From contig NC_045697.1 in the NCBI RefSeq assembly GCF_009834535.1, positions 31,932,001 through 31,996,000 of the forward strand: a stretch of 64,000 nucleotides of DNA. Reading direction: 5' to 3'. Positions 24,327 to 37,620 of the stretch are shown one piece after another. Position numbers and translations under genes: made by a program. A model generated the notes under the pieces. The model was not told the DNA's origin. It saw only the letters and a list, made by a program, of their open reading frames with translations, and did not search any database. Positions within the stretch are counted from its first letter, which is position 1. Each line of letters opens with the position of its first letter. The DNA comes from Camelus ferus. Lineage: Eukaryota.

Positions 24327-27300
24327 ACCCCTAATTTACCATATAGTGTTCACAAAACATTAAATTAAGTTCTGTAGAGAGCTAGTATCATTAAAATGAA
24401 TTTAATTTACTGTAAGAAATTAAAAATTTTATACATTTACTGCATATACTGATCAATTTTTCACCTTTTTATTTTGCCCCAAACACAAGCATTCTCTCTT
24501 CTAGTCAAAAGGGTTCTGTGTTTTTGCTTGTTTGGTTTTGGTTTTTGGATTTTTGTGTGTTTCTTTCTTTCTTAACACCCCAACTAGACTGGACACTATT
24601 GTGAAGTACAAGATTCTCCACAAAGCAGAGCATTGGGGAGAAGATGCAATATGTGTTACTAAAATTAAAATTGATTTATACACTACCTAGATAAAAAAAA
24701 ATACAAAATAGACTTTTTAGCAATTGTATATCACAAGTCAAGTTTCAAAAAATGTATTCAAAACACTGAATACTGGAAGCCAAGGGAAAGACAATGAAAG
24801 AAGTATAAGAACAATTTAAGATGCTTATATTCTACTAGAGGAATTGTCAGTTGAATTGAGAAGTTCATAAACTCTGTGGCTATGCTTTAATATTAACAAT
24901 TTGCTAGCATATTAAAGGAAAGGTATGAACATTAGCTAGATCTGCATTTGAATAGGTAAGCAGACTCAGATCTCAATAGGAGACCACCTGAGAATTCTCC
25001 AGTAGATTGTAAGCTTTTTTTCAAATGATTATGTACATATTTATATACCTCAAAGGCTTAATTTTGTCAAAATGACTTCAGGATTGCAAGATCATACTAC
25101 CCAAGGTTTTAGCTGATACCTATAACCAGAGGCCCTGGTCCTCATTCCAAAGATAAGGGAGATACAGCAGCAAACTATACGAGCAGACTAATTTTATATC
25201 CCCACATCCAAACATTCTGGAGCTATTTTAAATTCCAAATCCCAAATCTCTTTGAGGGGCTAATAAAAGTGACAAATTCAACCAGTCAGACTTTCTCTAC
25301 ATCTGAAGTCCAGTCAATAGCTGATTTCATCAGTTTCCTTCTGATAGCTTGTTAAATATCCAGAGTAACTACATCACATGATTAGACCAATTATTAAACC
25401 AACTAAGTGGCCAGAGGCCACTTTTAGTGACAGACCCTAAGTTTCAGGGAAAGAATGAACATGATTCAAACCAAAACTGTACACAGATACAAATTTTACC
25501 CCACCTCTGGCTGCATGAAAGAAACTGGATATTGGAACACAAATGATGTTGTAGCAGAGGCACAAAGAGAAACCTGTAATGCTGCCAGCCCTCCTTAGTT
25601 CTCCAAGTCACCAGAAACTGGGACTCGCAGTGAGCTTGCGCTCTTCCTAATGAAATACACACAGCCTTTTAATTAAAAGAAATAGACATCTTCATGTTTA
25701 GTGATTGGGATTGTAGCCTTGGTTTTATAAGCTCATAAACCCAAAAAGTGAGGTACATATTTGAAAGGAAAGAACAAGATTACTAAGACCTGGATTGAAT
25801 CTCTCATGAGCTCAGCAGGAAATGGGGAAATAAGACCAGTTACCAAACTGCTCTCTAGGGTCCTTCAGATTTAGATTCTCCAGAACACATTATCTAGGAT
25901 GATACTAGAGCCCAAAACTTTACATATGGCAATGCTCTGTTGGGAGATGTCAAAGTGGAGGCAGCCCCTCGGATGCTGTGACTAGAGATATAATTCTAGC
26001 CCTTCTTAAAGTGAATGTCATGCCAGCCAGTAGAAATGAGCAAGTGTTCATCATTTCAAAGAGTCAATCAGACCTTGTTAAACACGGTAACATCAGCATG
26101 AGGTACATCTAATGAATGAAAGGGCTATCTAAATTCCTCTGGCCAAAGTCCATGACAATCATGGTTGGAACAAAGGCTTTGGACCACAGATGACTCAGGT
26201 CATAAGGCAGAGAGGATGGCAAGTGACTCAGCTTTTTCTCAGTGCTAATCAGTGGCAACAAAAGTCCTAGGATCAGAATGCACTCCTGGAGACACCGAGA
26301 GCAGAAAGTTACTAGTCAATGGAGACCTACTAACCTCCATCTTCCAGATTTGATCCTGGAGAAATCCCTTGGTTTGCTCCTATTCATTCCCCAATGTTTA
26401 ATACAGTATTCCTAAGTTTTTTCAACTAAGCATGCTTGGTTAGCCCTAAAATCCAGTAAATGATTAATAAGTAAGTTATTTTATGTCCCAATTTTTTGTG
26501 TATGTACAAAAATGGAACTAAACTTCATAGAATTAATGAGAAAATTATATTAGTTAAAAATTCATCAGCATTATCAACACTCTAACATTTATGATCAATA
26601 AAAGAATGTTATATAAAACTCTTCAGCTATATGATTTTAAAATTAGTTTTAAATATAGTAGTACCCTGTGTATAAACGAGAATCATGCTAATGGTAATGC
26701 AGGCAGCCACATACTTCTCCTGGTACCAGTAAAGAAATCATTAGATCAATATTTTTATACAAAAAATTGCTATTATTGCCCCTGTAGGGCATAATCTTGC
26801 TCTTCCACTTACGAAAAGTCGGCAAGTTTCCTTCATGATAAATAATATAATATTAATATCACAGTTGGAAAACTATTCTCTGAATACACACAGCAGGTAT
26901 AGAAATTACAGCCCAATTTGACTTGGAAATACACCATTCCTTCCTAATGAGTATGTCTAGCTCCAAATAACAGAAGGACAGAATTAAGACCATAATTAAA
27001 ATGATTGCATTACAGAAAAAAGCACACAACTTTGTATGGTAAAGACTGTAGGTCGGCTGTGAAAATCACTAAAGAAAATGACACAGTTAATTAGGCTAAA
27101 TATTAGTCCAGTAAAGCCATTATTCAAAGCCCTATTTTTCTACTTCCCCTTTCTTAACATAATTTTAAATAACTGCAATAATGCAGATGGCGTTTGTAAC
27201 ACCAATCTGAAAGTCCCACTGTAGAAAAGAAGTGTGTAAACCACCTTAAGAAGATGTTATGTTTAGTTCCATTTGCTTCAACCAGAGTGGAAAGTGAATG

Positions 27301-27918
27301 CAAATTAGTCAAAACCACAAAGATAAATGCAAATGAAGTGTGTGAGTGTGTATCTTCAAGGTTTCTCTTCTTGTGATCCATGGCATTCATTCTTATAATG
27401 AATATCGGTGTGTCTTAACGACGGTTGATTATGGTTCTTACATCAATTCCTTACCACAAACACTTAGAAGAAAAAATACATGCCTATTGTGTCATTGGGG
27501 AAGTGGTATTTCCTTAGGGTTTTTGACATGATTAAGTTCTAGACCCAAGATTCTAGGAGATTAGTGACTCCTCTTGGACTCTGTTGCCTACAGCCATTCA
27601 TGCTCACACTGGTGAACAGAGTCACATTTCAGAAACAGAAAAAGCAGGTAACATGACCTTTTTGCTGTGTTCACCCTCCTTGACAGCTTGGCAGTGTTTA
27701 TGGTATTGATCCCTTCTTCCTCACTGAAACTCTTTTCTCTTTTGGCACAGTTCTCCTCTTACTACCCTTGAGCCTTCTTTTTTTCTGAATTTTCCTCTCT
27801 TTCTTAGGTTCCACCTCTTTAGATACATTGGCAGTTCTAGAAACCACACTTATAAACTGTATTTCTGGCTGAGACTATAGAAAAACTTAGGTGATGCCAA
27901 AGTAAGTCTTATCATTAG

Positions 27919-27954
27919 CATCATCATCATCATCACCACCACCACCACCACCAT
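27919..27954. repeat. Compound (CAT)n(CAC)n microsatellite
   Basis: catcatcatcatcatcaccaccaccaccaccaccat. Confidence 0.9.
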
Positions 27955-28004
27955 CCCCCAGCAACAGCTCCGGCACGTGTCTTCACTTTTTGACTTTCAC
28001 ACTT

Positions 28005-28502
28005 TCATTATCCCAAGATGAATATTTTTGAGATAGAATGAGAAGCACATGAAATTTGTTGGGGATGATATCGATGAAAGATAATAATAGGTGAAGAAGG
28101 AAAACTGGGTAGGGAAAGCCTTCAGATTGTGATACAGATCTGAAAAACGTTTAAGACAAGGATTTGGAGGAAGTGAGAAGCAGGATTGGCAGAGAGAGCC
28201 TCAAACCACAGTCAAGATCTGACAAAGTCTTGGCTAACCCAGTGTGGAGCTCTGGAGCAAGGACTTTCCACTACAGGAGTCCGACAGTGGGCAGAAACGG
28301 CCAGGAGTCAGGGCCCCCGACATGCTCAGTCACTGGCAGCAAGCTGCCCAGTAAAAAGCAGGACCTCGGTTTAAAAACCTGTGTGAATCCTGAAAGCACT
28401 GAACAGTGGGGATCTGTCCGCTAACTGTAAAACCTGCAACTGACCAGCAGGTTGTTCCTCCTGAAAGGGAGAGCCAAGCAGTGCACCTCCAGGGCTGCCA
28501 TC
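28005..28502 (-). mobile_element. LTR16-like ERVL solo LTR, flanked by L2 remnants
   Basis: gcaggattggcagagagagcctca...tctgacaaagtcttggctaaccca...gagctctggagcaa...tgctcagtcactggc...gcacctccagggctgcca matches recalled LTR16A on the reverse strand. Confidence 0.75.
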
Positions 28503-30738
28503 CTCTTGGGAACTTCCGCTTGCATGACTACATTTGACTTACTCTTGGTGTGTTCTATCCTGATTTCTCCATACCAATCAGTTCTAGACTCAGCTACCTG
28601 ATTGACTTTCCAAAGCACAGGTCTGACTGTACTAATGCCTACTCAAAAAGACATCTATGCTATTTAATATTATTACGTATTTATTACTTAATAAATGAAG
28701 TTGACATTCTTGAACTCAGTATCAAAGGCCAGCCAAAATAGGGGCCCAATGATTCTTTATGAACTTACCTAAGAGACAGTAAAGTCCGGTAGAAAAGACA
28801 CTTCAGAGCCAGATATGCTTTGGATATGCTGATGCCATCCTCCGTTCAGTAAGTACATAACGTGTTTTTCACCTGAATTTCCTCATTAGTAAAATAAGAA
28901 TATGTGAGGTGGGTTTTCTGAAAGTTTATTGAGACAATTTTAGAGCACAAAAAGCAGAAGACATTTAATTCCCTTTTACTGTTCTTTCTCCTCTGCTTAT
29001 ATCCAGTCAGCTCATGGGCCACGCCTTTTCTATTTCTCAGGCTTTCTTGCCTAGGCCTTACCTCTATCCCTTTTTCAAACACTTCCTCTGCCCCATACCA
29101 TTCTCCCAGTATCTTTGCAGCTATGAAAATCCTACCCATTACCTGAGGTCTTGCAGTCCAACCCTTCTGATCACTGCAGGAAGACGGAGCTCCTAATTTA
29201 GACTAGAACAAAAACAAAGCAAAACAAACAAGTTTGGGGGGAACATACATGAACGAACTGCCATGGTTCTTTTTATGTCTGCACCTATACGTTTTCATTT
29301 TTTCCTAGAATAAGTGGATCACAAGTCCAGGTCAGTGCATATATACATATTATACATAAATACATGCATACTCAGCTTTTGCACTAGTAGATTTTTCAAT
29401 AAATATTTCAGTATAACAGCATCTGGTTGTATGCAGACTAACAACTTCATGAGATTATTTAGTGATGTTCTAAGGACATCTGTTTATGTATGATGGCACC
29501 ACAAAAGATATACTTCGGCAAAATGGATAAAAATTTTCATTGTTTAGAAAAAAACAGATAGCCACTAATCTATGAAATGCCATCAATGTAAAATGACATT
29601 ATAATGAATCAGGAAAACTAGACCATCCTCTTAATCATTTATTCAACAAATATTGATTTTCTGCCCTCACTCAAAGTCCTTAAAAGACTCGTCAGTACCT
29701 ACTCTCTTCCTTATCTCTTTCCCTTTCCTCTGATCCACTACAATCAGACTTCTGTCCCCATCTTGAATACATGCGTTAGCACATCTGCCAACGAGCTCCA
29801 TGTTAGCTGTCTGGAACACTCATGGGGTGGATTCCAATTTACCCATTATCTCAATTTCAATCGGATCTTTGTCTAAGTATAGCTCCTCAGCTTCCCTGAC
29901 CCCCTATTTAAGAAAGAATTTCCCCCCACTTATTCTCTTTCTGTGCTTGTCCTCACATACTTATAATTTCCTGACATAATTTACATATTGACTTTTTAAA
30001 CTAGTCAACATTTTTGTCTCCTTCCTGGGAATGCAAGTTTAATAAGAACATAGACTTTATCTTTTTCACTGTTGTGCCACACATGAGTAAATGACAGTCT
30101 AAGCATAACATGGGTTAGATGATCGGATCGTTTCTGATTAGTTTGGACTCAAATTAGTTTGAATTTCAGTTATTTAAAAAAGGGTTTTTGTACATTAAAA
30201 GTCCCCAAACAAACACATTTAGTTAGTGTATCAAAACCAAGTTAGATTTCCATATTGTTTTGGCTGTATTTCTTCAGAAAAAAAATTATGTAGATTGCTG
30301 CAAAATTATCTTTGACATTGATTTTCAAATTGTGTGCTCCAGGATCATAAGGTTCTGAGGTTTGGGGATCCAAATAGGTACCCTAGACCTCTGTGGAGAT
30401 TTCTGGAGGGACACACTGAGTTCTGAGTTTGAAGGCTCACATCCCCTCCCATCCCACCTGTCTTTTTTCTTTAATTTCATACACTGAAGTCCCATACAAT
30501 ATTTCCTCTGGATAGGATGATGTAAAAACTGAGGTTTTATTACTGTATTAATGTGACGACCCAGGAAATATCATTAATGTAAAGTATCAATACGCTAGAA
30601 TAGGACAAATGGATCATAAGCTCCTTGAATTCATGAATCTGACCCTTCAGTAACTTCACATTACCTCTCTACCTGAAAACTACTGAGTACAGAGGGATGG
30701 CATTTGTTATAGCTGAGTTGAATACAATCATGGATTCT

Positions 30739-30852
30739 CTTTTTTTTGAGGTGGGGGGTAATTAGGTTTATTTATTTATTTTTTTAATGAAGGTATTGGA
30801 GATTGAACCCAGGACCTTGTGCAGGCTAAGCATGTGCTCTACCCTCCTCCCC
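30739..30852 (-). mobile_element. vic-1-like tRNA-Ala-derived SINE with the A box deleted
   Basis: Reverse strand ggggaggagggtagagcacatgcttagcctgcacaaggtcctgggttcaatctcc...aaataaataaacctaattaccccc plus A-tail; homologous to 42448-42597. Confidence 0.88.
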
Positions 30853-31379
30853 TCATTTATTCTTTATTAAACATTTTAGTTTCAATTTATCCAGGCAAAT
30901 TCAAACTCCATTAAAAGTCCATTCATTTTGCCTATACTGGATTAGTCTACAAAGAAGAAGAAATAAAATAGTTTACATATTTTAAGGAAGCAAATGGGCC
31001 TAGGGAATCTAGAAAACTTTTTGCATGGTCACCACTAGGGACATCGGCATTCTCTTTCCACTCAATGAACCCTGAAGTTTGGCTCACTTTCCTTGGAATA
31101 TCACCCTGGATATAGGCTGGTTTTCATTAAAATGAAGCCAGCTTCCTAAAAATGAAGGCCTTGTTTGCCTTAGTGAACATTTTTTTCCAGCTTACACTGA
31201 CATTTCAGATGTTTATCAATGAACTGTTTGTGCTCTGGATTACCTCTGAGGCACTGAAACACTGACTTGTAGTTAAGTGGGTGACATATGATGATGGTTA
31301 GAGAATCACATAGCTCCCTTGATTGACAGGGACAAGAAACTCACTAATAAAAAGATTAGAAAGGTATCAGATTAACTGC

Positions 31380-32410
31380 TATTAATCCAACCCACTGAAT
31401 TTTAATTTCAGGACTTTTATATTTCAGCTGTGAGTTTCATTTAATTCTCTTTCATATCTTCTATTTCTATTATTATTCTGTTCATGGTTTTCTTTAAATC
31501 CTCATCAAGTTTATAACAAATGATTTAAGTCATTTTCTGCTATTTTCATCGTCTCTATAATTTCTACATTTATTGCTATTATATTTTTTCCTAAGGAGAT
31601 TAGGAGTTACATTTTTTTTTTTTGCATAACTCACATTTTTTTGTTTGTTTGTTTTGGTTTCTGGATATTGTGAATGCTACGTTATTGAGTTCTGAATTTT
31701 GTTGAACTTTTCAAAAAAGCATCAGACTTTTCTTCTGACGAGCAGTTATGTGCAGACCAGCTTAATCTTTTAGGGGTTTATTTTAGGTTTTGTGTGTGTT
31801 GATTTTTTTTCTGGAGGGGAAGGGTCTTGTGTAGCCTTAATTATAAGCTAAATTTACAGCTATTTCTAAGGTGTGACCCTTATGGGGACTCTTAGGAATG
31901 TCTCAAATGTTCAAACAATTCTCCCTACTCCAGCCTGTTAGAACTAAAACATCCCCAAGCCCTGTGTGAGCTCTGAAAATCTATCATGATCACCTACTCA
32001 TTCCCTAATCAGCTTCATGGAATTTCCCTCTACACCTGGCTGGCTTATTTTTCATAACAGACTTGATGATATAACTATTCTGGGTTTGGGAGCTTTTTCT
32101 CCATAGCATCCTTCAGTCTTGCAAATTCCAGCAGTCTGAACTTGCTACACTCTGTTTCTTTCATCTCAATTCAGAGAGGCCACAGAACTCTGCCTTGGCT
32201 CTGCCTCCTTGCCCTACGGTTAGGAAAACGTTTCCAGGGAAAAAGCCAAGGTGATCATCAGGCTGTCCTCATTTTTCCTCTTCTCCCTGTGATCTCCCTG
32301 CCTTTCCCATTGCCCAACATCCAAAAACATTTGTTCAACCTATTTTATCCAGTGATCTAGTTGTTTGCTGAGACACAGCTACTCCAGTCCCAGTTATGCT
32401 GTCATGGCTG
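31380..32410 (-). mobile_element. Ancient L1M 5'UTR/ORF1 remnant
   Basis: T-rich antisense ORF1-like text (ccactgaattttaatttca...tttcagct...atatcttctatttct); heavily decayed. Confidence 0.55.
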
Positions 32411-33059
32411 GAAAACTTGCTTTGGGTTATTCCAGGCATTGTTACTGGTCACCCTGCAACCAATAGAAGAAAAAAAATTTGGTACATAATCCAAATGAAA
32501 GTTAATTTTTGAATATCCATCCATGACTCCTCCTTTCTCATTCTTATTATCACTAACCTATTTCCTTATTGTAAGTTTTTTTCCAATAACATACATGTCT
32601 CTTTTCCTCCAATCTTTTTTTAAAAGAAACTACATACATTAATTTTCTAAGATAAAATTTTAAACATATCAGCTTCCAGGCTTAATAATATCTGTTTGTT
32701 TCTTTTTTTTTTTTTTGTAATTTCTAAATTAAGTAAAAAAAGTTCTCAGATTGGCCCAGCAGCCCTCCCACTCTCTGACCCCAACATACTGTTTCCAGAT
32801 AGTTTGGTCTTATTCCTTTGTGCTTACTTTCCATATCGGTGAAAATGGAGGACTCTTCCTTTAACATGACACAAAATCCCATCTGTGAGCTATGGCTCTC
32901 TCCATCTGGAATAGACATCTCTTCCAGAGTGTTGTCTTGTCCATTTGCCAAAATCACATTTTTAACATCCATCTCAGACACTACCTTTTCCATTTAGCTA
33001 TAGAAGATGTAGTCTCCAACTTCTGAACCATTATAATATACTCTTATTTTGTTAAGTTA

Positions 33060-33230
33060 TTCAGCACTTAGCATGTGCCACCTACTTTTCTAAGTGTTCA
33101 ACGTATACTATCTTATTTGAGCCTCATAAAGTCCTGTGGAGTGAGTACTACTACTCTTCTTATCATACAACTGGGGGAACTAAGGCACAAGGATGATGAA
33201 TAAATTGTCTACAAGTTACACCCTGGTAAG
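33060..33230 (-). mobile_element. MIR SINE
   Basis: cagcacttagcatgtgcca...ttctaagtg...cctcataaagtcctgtg...gaactaaggcaca. Confidence 0.65.
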
Positions 33231-35369
33231 CACTATGCTGTGTTGTTTTGCTCAGCACAGCCTTTCAGTATCATAGCTATATTATAAACTCCAGGAGGGC
33301 GGTGGCTTTGCAAAGACCCTTCATAGAGCAAGCATAATACAGTAAGCATAAGTGCCTGCTCTGGAGGACAGAAAGAGTGAAAAATAATAGCCATAAAATG
33401 TGATTCTTTTTTAAAAGTTGATACAATTTGGAGAAAATGAAAAAAGTACGAAAATCAGGAAGTAGGTAGTAAATAACAGTTAGAGCTATCTCGGCAATTT
33501 ATTTGCATAATTGTTTTATTAAACTAAAAATTGGAATAGTACACTTTATGAAAAATTGAGTCAATTGAGAAGCATTTAATAACTGATAGTCATGATGAAA
33601 ACACTGTTTCCAGATAATTAAAGTTTACCCTTTATGTAATAAAATATTATTTTAAACATTATTCATTATTGTCGAGGAAATTCTTGAACTACATATGCTT
33701 CCCTCTGTCTTTTAAAACAGGAAATACCAAAATATAACTTATCCTTTCTCTGATAACATAGTCATCAAAAATATTGATTGCTAAACTATGCAGTTATTAT
33801 GTCATGTCTTCAGTACTTAAGCAAGATCGATTAAAACATTTGCTTTACTGCTGGGCATGTTGCTTTTTGTGTCTTCGTCCTCATTAGGAACCACGGTATG
33901 GTGTTTTAGCTTTCCATAACTCTAATCTATGCTGTTAGTATTTTGTGATGTTAAATTTACTAAATTAGGCAACATAACTTTACACATACTCTTTAAAATA
34001 TTCTCTGCTATTGTGTGTGGTTCTAATCCAATTATCATCCTCTGTGGACTTTGCAGTGTTTCTCTTAAGAGATTGTTTTTGTTCATTTCTTAGTGTACTT
34101 TTTTTTATTGCTAGAGTTGTCAGAGTATGACTTCTACACAAGTAGAATATTTATATAAATAGAATAAATTTCCATCCAGTATCTTAATGAAAATTATTTG
34201 TTCTGTATATAGAGGGCATGGACATAATCAATTGAGAAATCCATATTAGCATACTTCTCCATTCGATAATATTAATCTCCAACTAAGAATGCAACTCATT
34301 CGTCTTTGCATTCCATATGGTGCAGTGTAGTCACTTAAAATGTTTTGTAAATGAACAAAGTTACTGAAAAAGTTAAATCTAATCATTAAAATTCATGGAA
34401 GTATAAAAATACTCTATACAATTTACAGCAAAAATTAAAGAAATATAAAATCTGAGTATTATCGTCAGCAATCATTTGCAAAATGATCACTTTCTAAACC
34501 TGGAATATAATTACACAAACACATGATATGTAGACACACTACGCGTAACTTCATCATCCCATCTTGGCTTTGCCCCTAATGTTTACACAGTTTACACACA
34601 TCCTTCTAATGTACTCTGAATCTCATAGTTTTCAGATTTTTTACTACAGCTTTTGCACATCTAATTTTGCATCAAATGTCTTTTTTCTAACTCTCTCTCA
34701 CTCAATTTTAATCTACTTTACATAAAATGCATTAAGATCCTAAAGATCCTAAGCAGTTTGCTGTGAGTAAAAAATGATGGATATAGTCTCTCTCCTTACA
34801 TTTTTCTGTATCACTTCTTCTTTTATGGCAAAATAAAAAATAAAGGAAAGACTAAGCATTATTAGTTGGCAATTATAAAAAAGTAATTTCTTCTATCTAT
34901 AGATCTCATAATATGTTCTTAAATCCCCATTTTCTCTGCCTCCTATCAGGTACCTAGGTCCTGCATAAGGTAGTATCAAATGAAAAGAGCAGTGTACTAC
35001 AACTGATGTGATCCATATTTCATTCTGTCTTGGCTACTTGCTGTCTGTACACTTGGAATAAGAGACTCAGTTTGCATGAAGGTATTAATGACTATGACGG
35101 CTGTGACATAAAAGTGTCTTTACGACTCAATAATTCCTATTTAGAACAATATTTTGAGAACTCTAAGCAGTATAAAATTATTAGATATTCTTTTTGTAGA
35201 CAATCCTCCTTTGTAAGATGTCATACCATTTTTCACAAAACTTAATTTAAAGGCAATTATTGCCAAAGGATATTTAAAACAAAAAAAGTCTTCAAAACAA
35301 AGACATAAAATAGTTAACAGTTATATTACTTGAATTAATCCATATCCCTTTCTTTACCACACCATTCTG

Positions 35370-35482
35370 TTCCCATTTTAAAGAGGAGAGAAGTGAGAAA
35401 CAAAGAGGTTAAATAACTTGACAAAGGTCACACTAGTATAGTGGTGGAACTCAGGCAGCCTAGCTGCAAACACTATGCTCTG
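35370..35482 (-). mobile_element. MIR SINE
   Basis: cccattttaaagaggagagaagtgag...agaggttaaataacttgacaaaggtcacac. Confidence 0.7.
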
Positions 35483-37069
35483 GATTCAACCTTTGTCCTT
35501 TCTTCTGCAGTCTACCCTTTCTCCCCTTCTCTCCTCTCCTCCATCACTGGCACAGAGAAAAAGGAATATGTATTTCAGTGAATGAATGCATGCAGCATTC
35601 TTCTCTTGATTAAGATTAATCCAAGTCACAGATGATTCCATAAAATAACTACATTGGCTCTCAATTCAAAAAGCAAACACATGAAACGTATTACAAGAAT
35701 ATTTCAGACTGAGTAGGTGGTCAGTTAACACCACTAAAACAGCAGAGAATTCTAAAGCTAATTACCTAAAAAAAAAGGAACAAAAAATATTAAGTTAAAC
35801 TCCATGAGAAACTCTGCTCAGAGGAATCACCAAAATTGGATATACCTTTCAGAGGATAAAAGTGGGAACACTACATAGAATGGTCACCACTGTGTAACTC
35901 AACTAAAATTGAAGAAAAAATCTGTACATACTTAAAAAAAATGTATACATTTACTTTCTGTTTAGACAAATGTTATCCTCTGGTATCATCAAAATCAAAG
36001 GAAATATGAAAGTTAAGGACTAATTATATCTGGCATAGTAATCAAAATCTTGTCTAAACATAAATATTCTTTAATTAGGTGTCCTACTTTTCATCTATTC
36101 TATGTGTTTCTGTGTTTGTTTCTATTTCATAGTATAGTAAAAAAAAAAATGTTAGGGAAAAGAAAAACTGCCAGAAGTACCTTCCTATGGTAACCTTGAA
36201 TAATATTACAGTGTCTAAATATAGAAGATGAAACTAAGTAGGAAATTTCTACAAAATCCATAGAGGAAGGACTTCACAAGGTTGTTTCTTTCTTTCTTTC
36301 TTTTTTTTTTTTTTTTTCTCCTCTCTTGAAGCTATACACTTCTTGTAATTTGAGTACAAACATGTTGCTTAAAATATCAAGGTAGGGTCACTGCTTAATT
36401 AGCACTTTAAAAATTATTTATTTCAAGGCCATTACAGTATAATGGATATGCAGCAGAATAATTGGAGGTAGTGTAAAGTATACTGATTTAGGAGCTAGTG
36501 AACTGAGTTCTGGTCCCAGCACCACTACCAAGTGACATTTTCACATCACTTTCCTCTATGAATCTCTTTTGCCTCTTTACTAAAATGAAATTACTGTTTT
36601 GGATGATCTCTAAGGTGCCATGGTGTATTAGATTGAGTTATTGTCTTTTTTTCCTATTTGAGAAGAGTTTTTTGTTTTGTTTTTCTATCAAAAATACAGT
36701 AACTTATGTTCTTCCAAAGCTCCCCTTTGACTCAATGTATTCTTGAAGTTTCAGAGAGCAGTAAGGAGGACTTTCAAAACTAATATATTCATTGCTCTCT
36801 AACCTGTGAATTTTGTCACCATGAGCTTCTCATTTTGGAATTATATAATTTACTATTTGCTTAATATACTGATTTATTTCCTCTTACTTTCTCAAGTTAC
36901 TATACAATTGTCTTCATTCTGCATTTCATATTAAAGGAAAAAAGCACTTAAATTTCTACCATATTTCTTACAGAATGAAATATAGTGCTGGAAACAAAAA
37001 GATATTAAAATATCATTCTTAAGTAAACCTAATGGTATTAGTGAGTAATTAATTATGGTTTACTGAACA

Positions 37070-37280
37070 AGTTCAAGAGGCAGACTGTAGAGGGTTGACT
37101 CCTGACTCACTACCAACCTGCTGAGTGACCTCTGATAAATTTCCTAATCCCTCTGTGCTTTGGCACCCTTACCTACCAAGTAAGGAAAACTTCCTTCATC
37201 AGATAGTTGTGAAGATTAAATAAACTAGAAATGTAAAGATCTTAGGAATTTGCCTGCCACATGGTAAGCACGAAATAATA
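37070..37280 (+). mobile_element. MIR SINE
   Basis: tcctgactcactacc...ctgagtgacctc...ttcctaatccctctgtgc...gttgtgaagattaaa...tgcctgccacatggtaagcac. Confidence 0.7.
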
Positions 37281-37620
37281 CATATAAGTAATTATTATAC
37301 TGCATTTTTTCTATTTTGGCATCCAGTTAAAAAAGAAATTTTATCCATAAGAGAAATACCAAATAATAGTTTATAATCATAGGGCAGAAAAGGCTACCCT
37401 AAATGTAACAGAAAACCATGAACTAACAAAAGATCAGAAGATTAAAAATAGAAAAAGAAATTCTTCTGTAAAAAATACCTCCATAAAAAAAGTTAAAGAA
37501 TAAATACCACACTGGAATAAATATTTGCATCATATGTGATAGCCAAAGCACAACAACTTTACTTTTTAAAGGGTTCCAGTAAGTCAATAATAAAAAGACA
37601 ACCTAATTAAAAATGAGAAG

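Noticed and set aside
28090..28230. Internal duplication (agcct...agatctga twice)
   Set aside because: Appears to be part of the LTR16-type consensus rather than a locus-specific feature.
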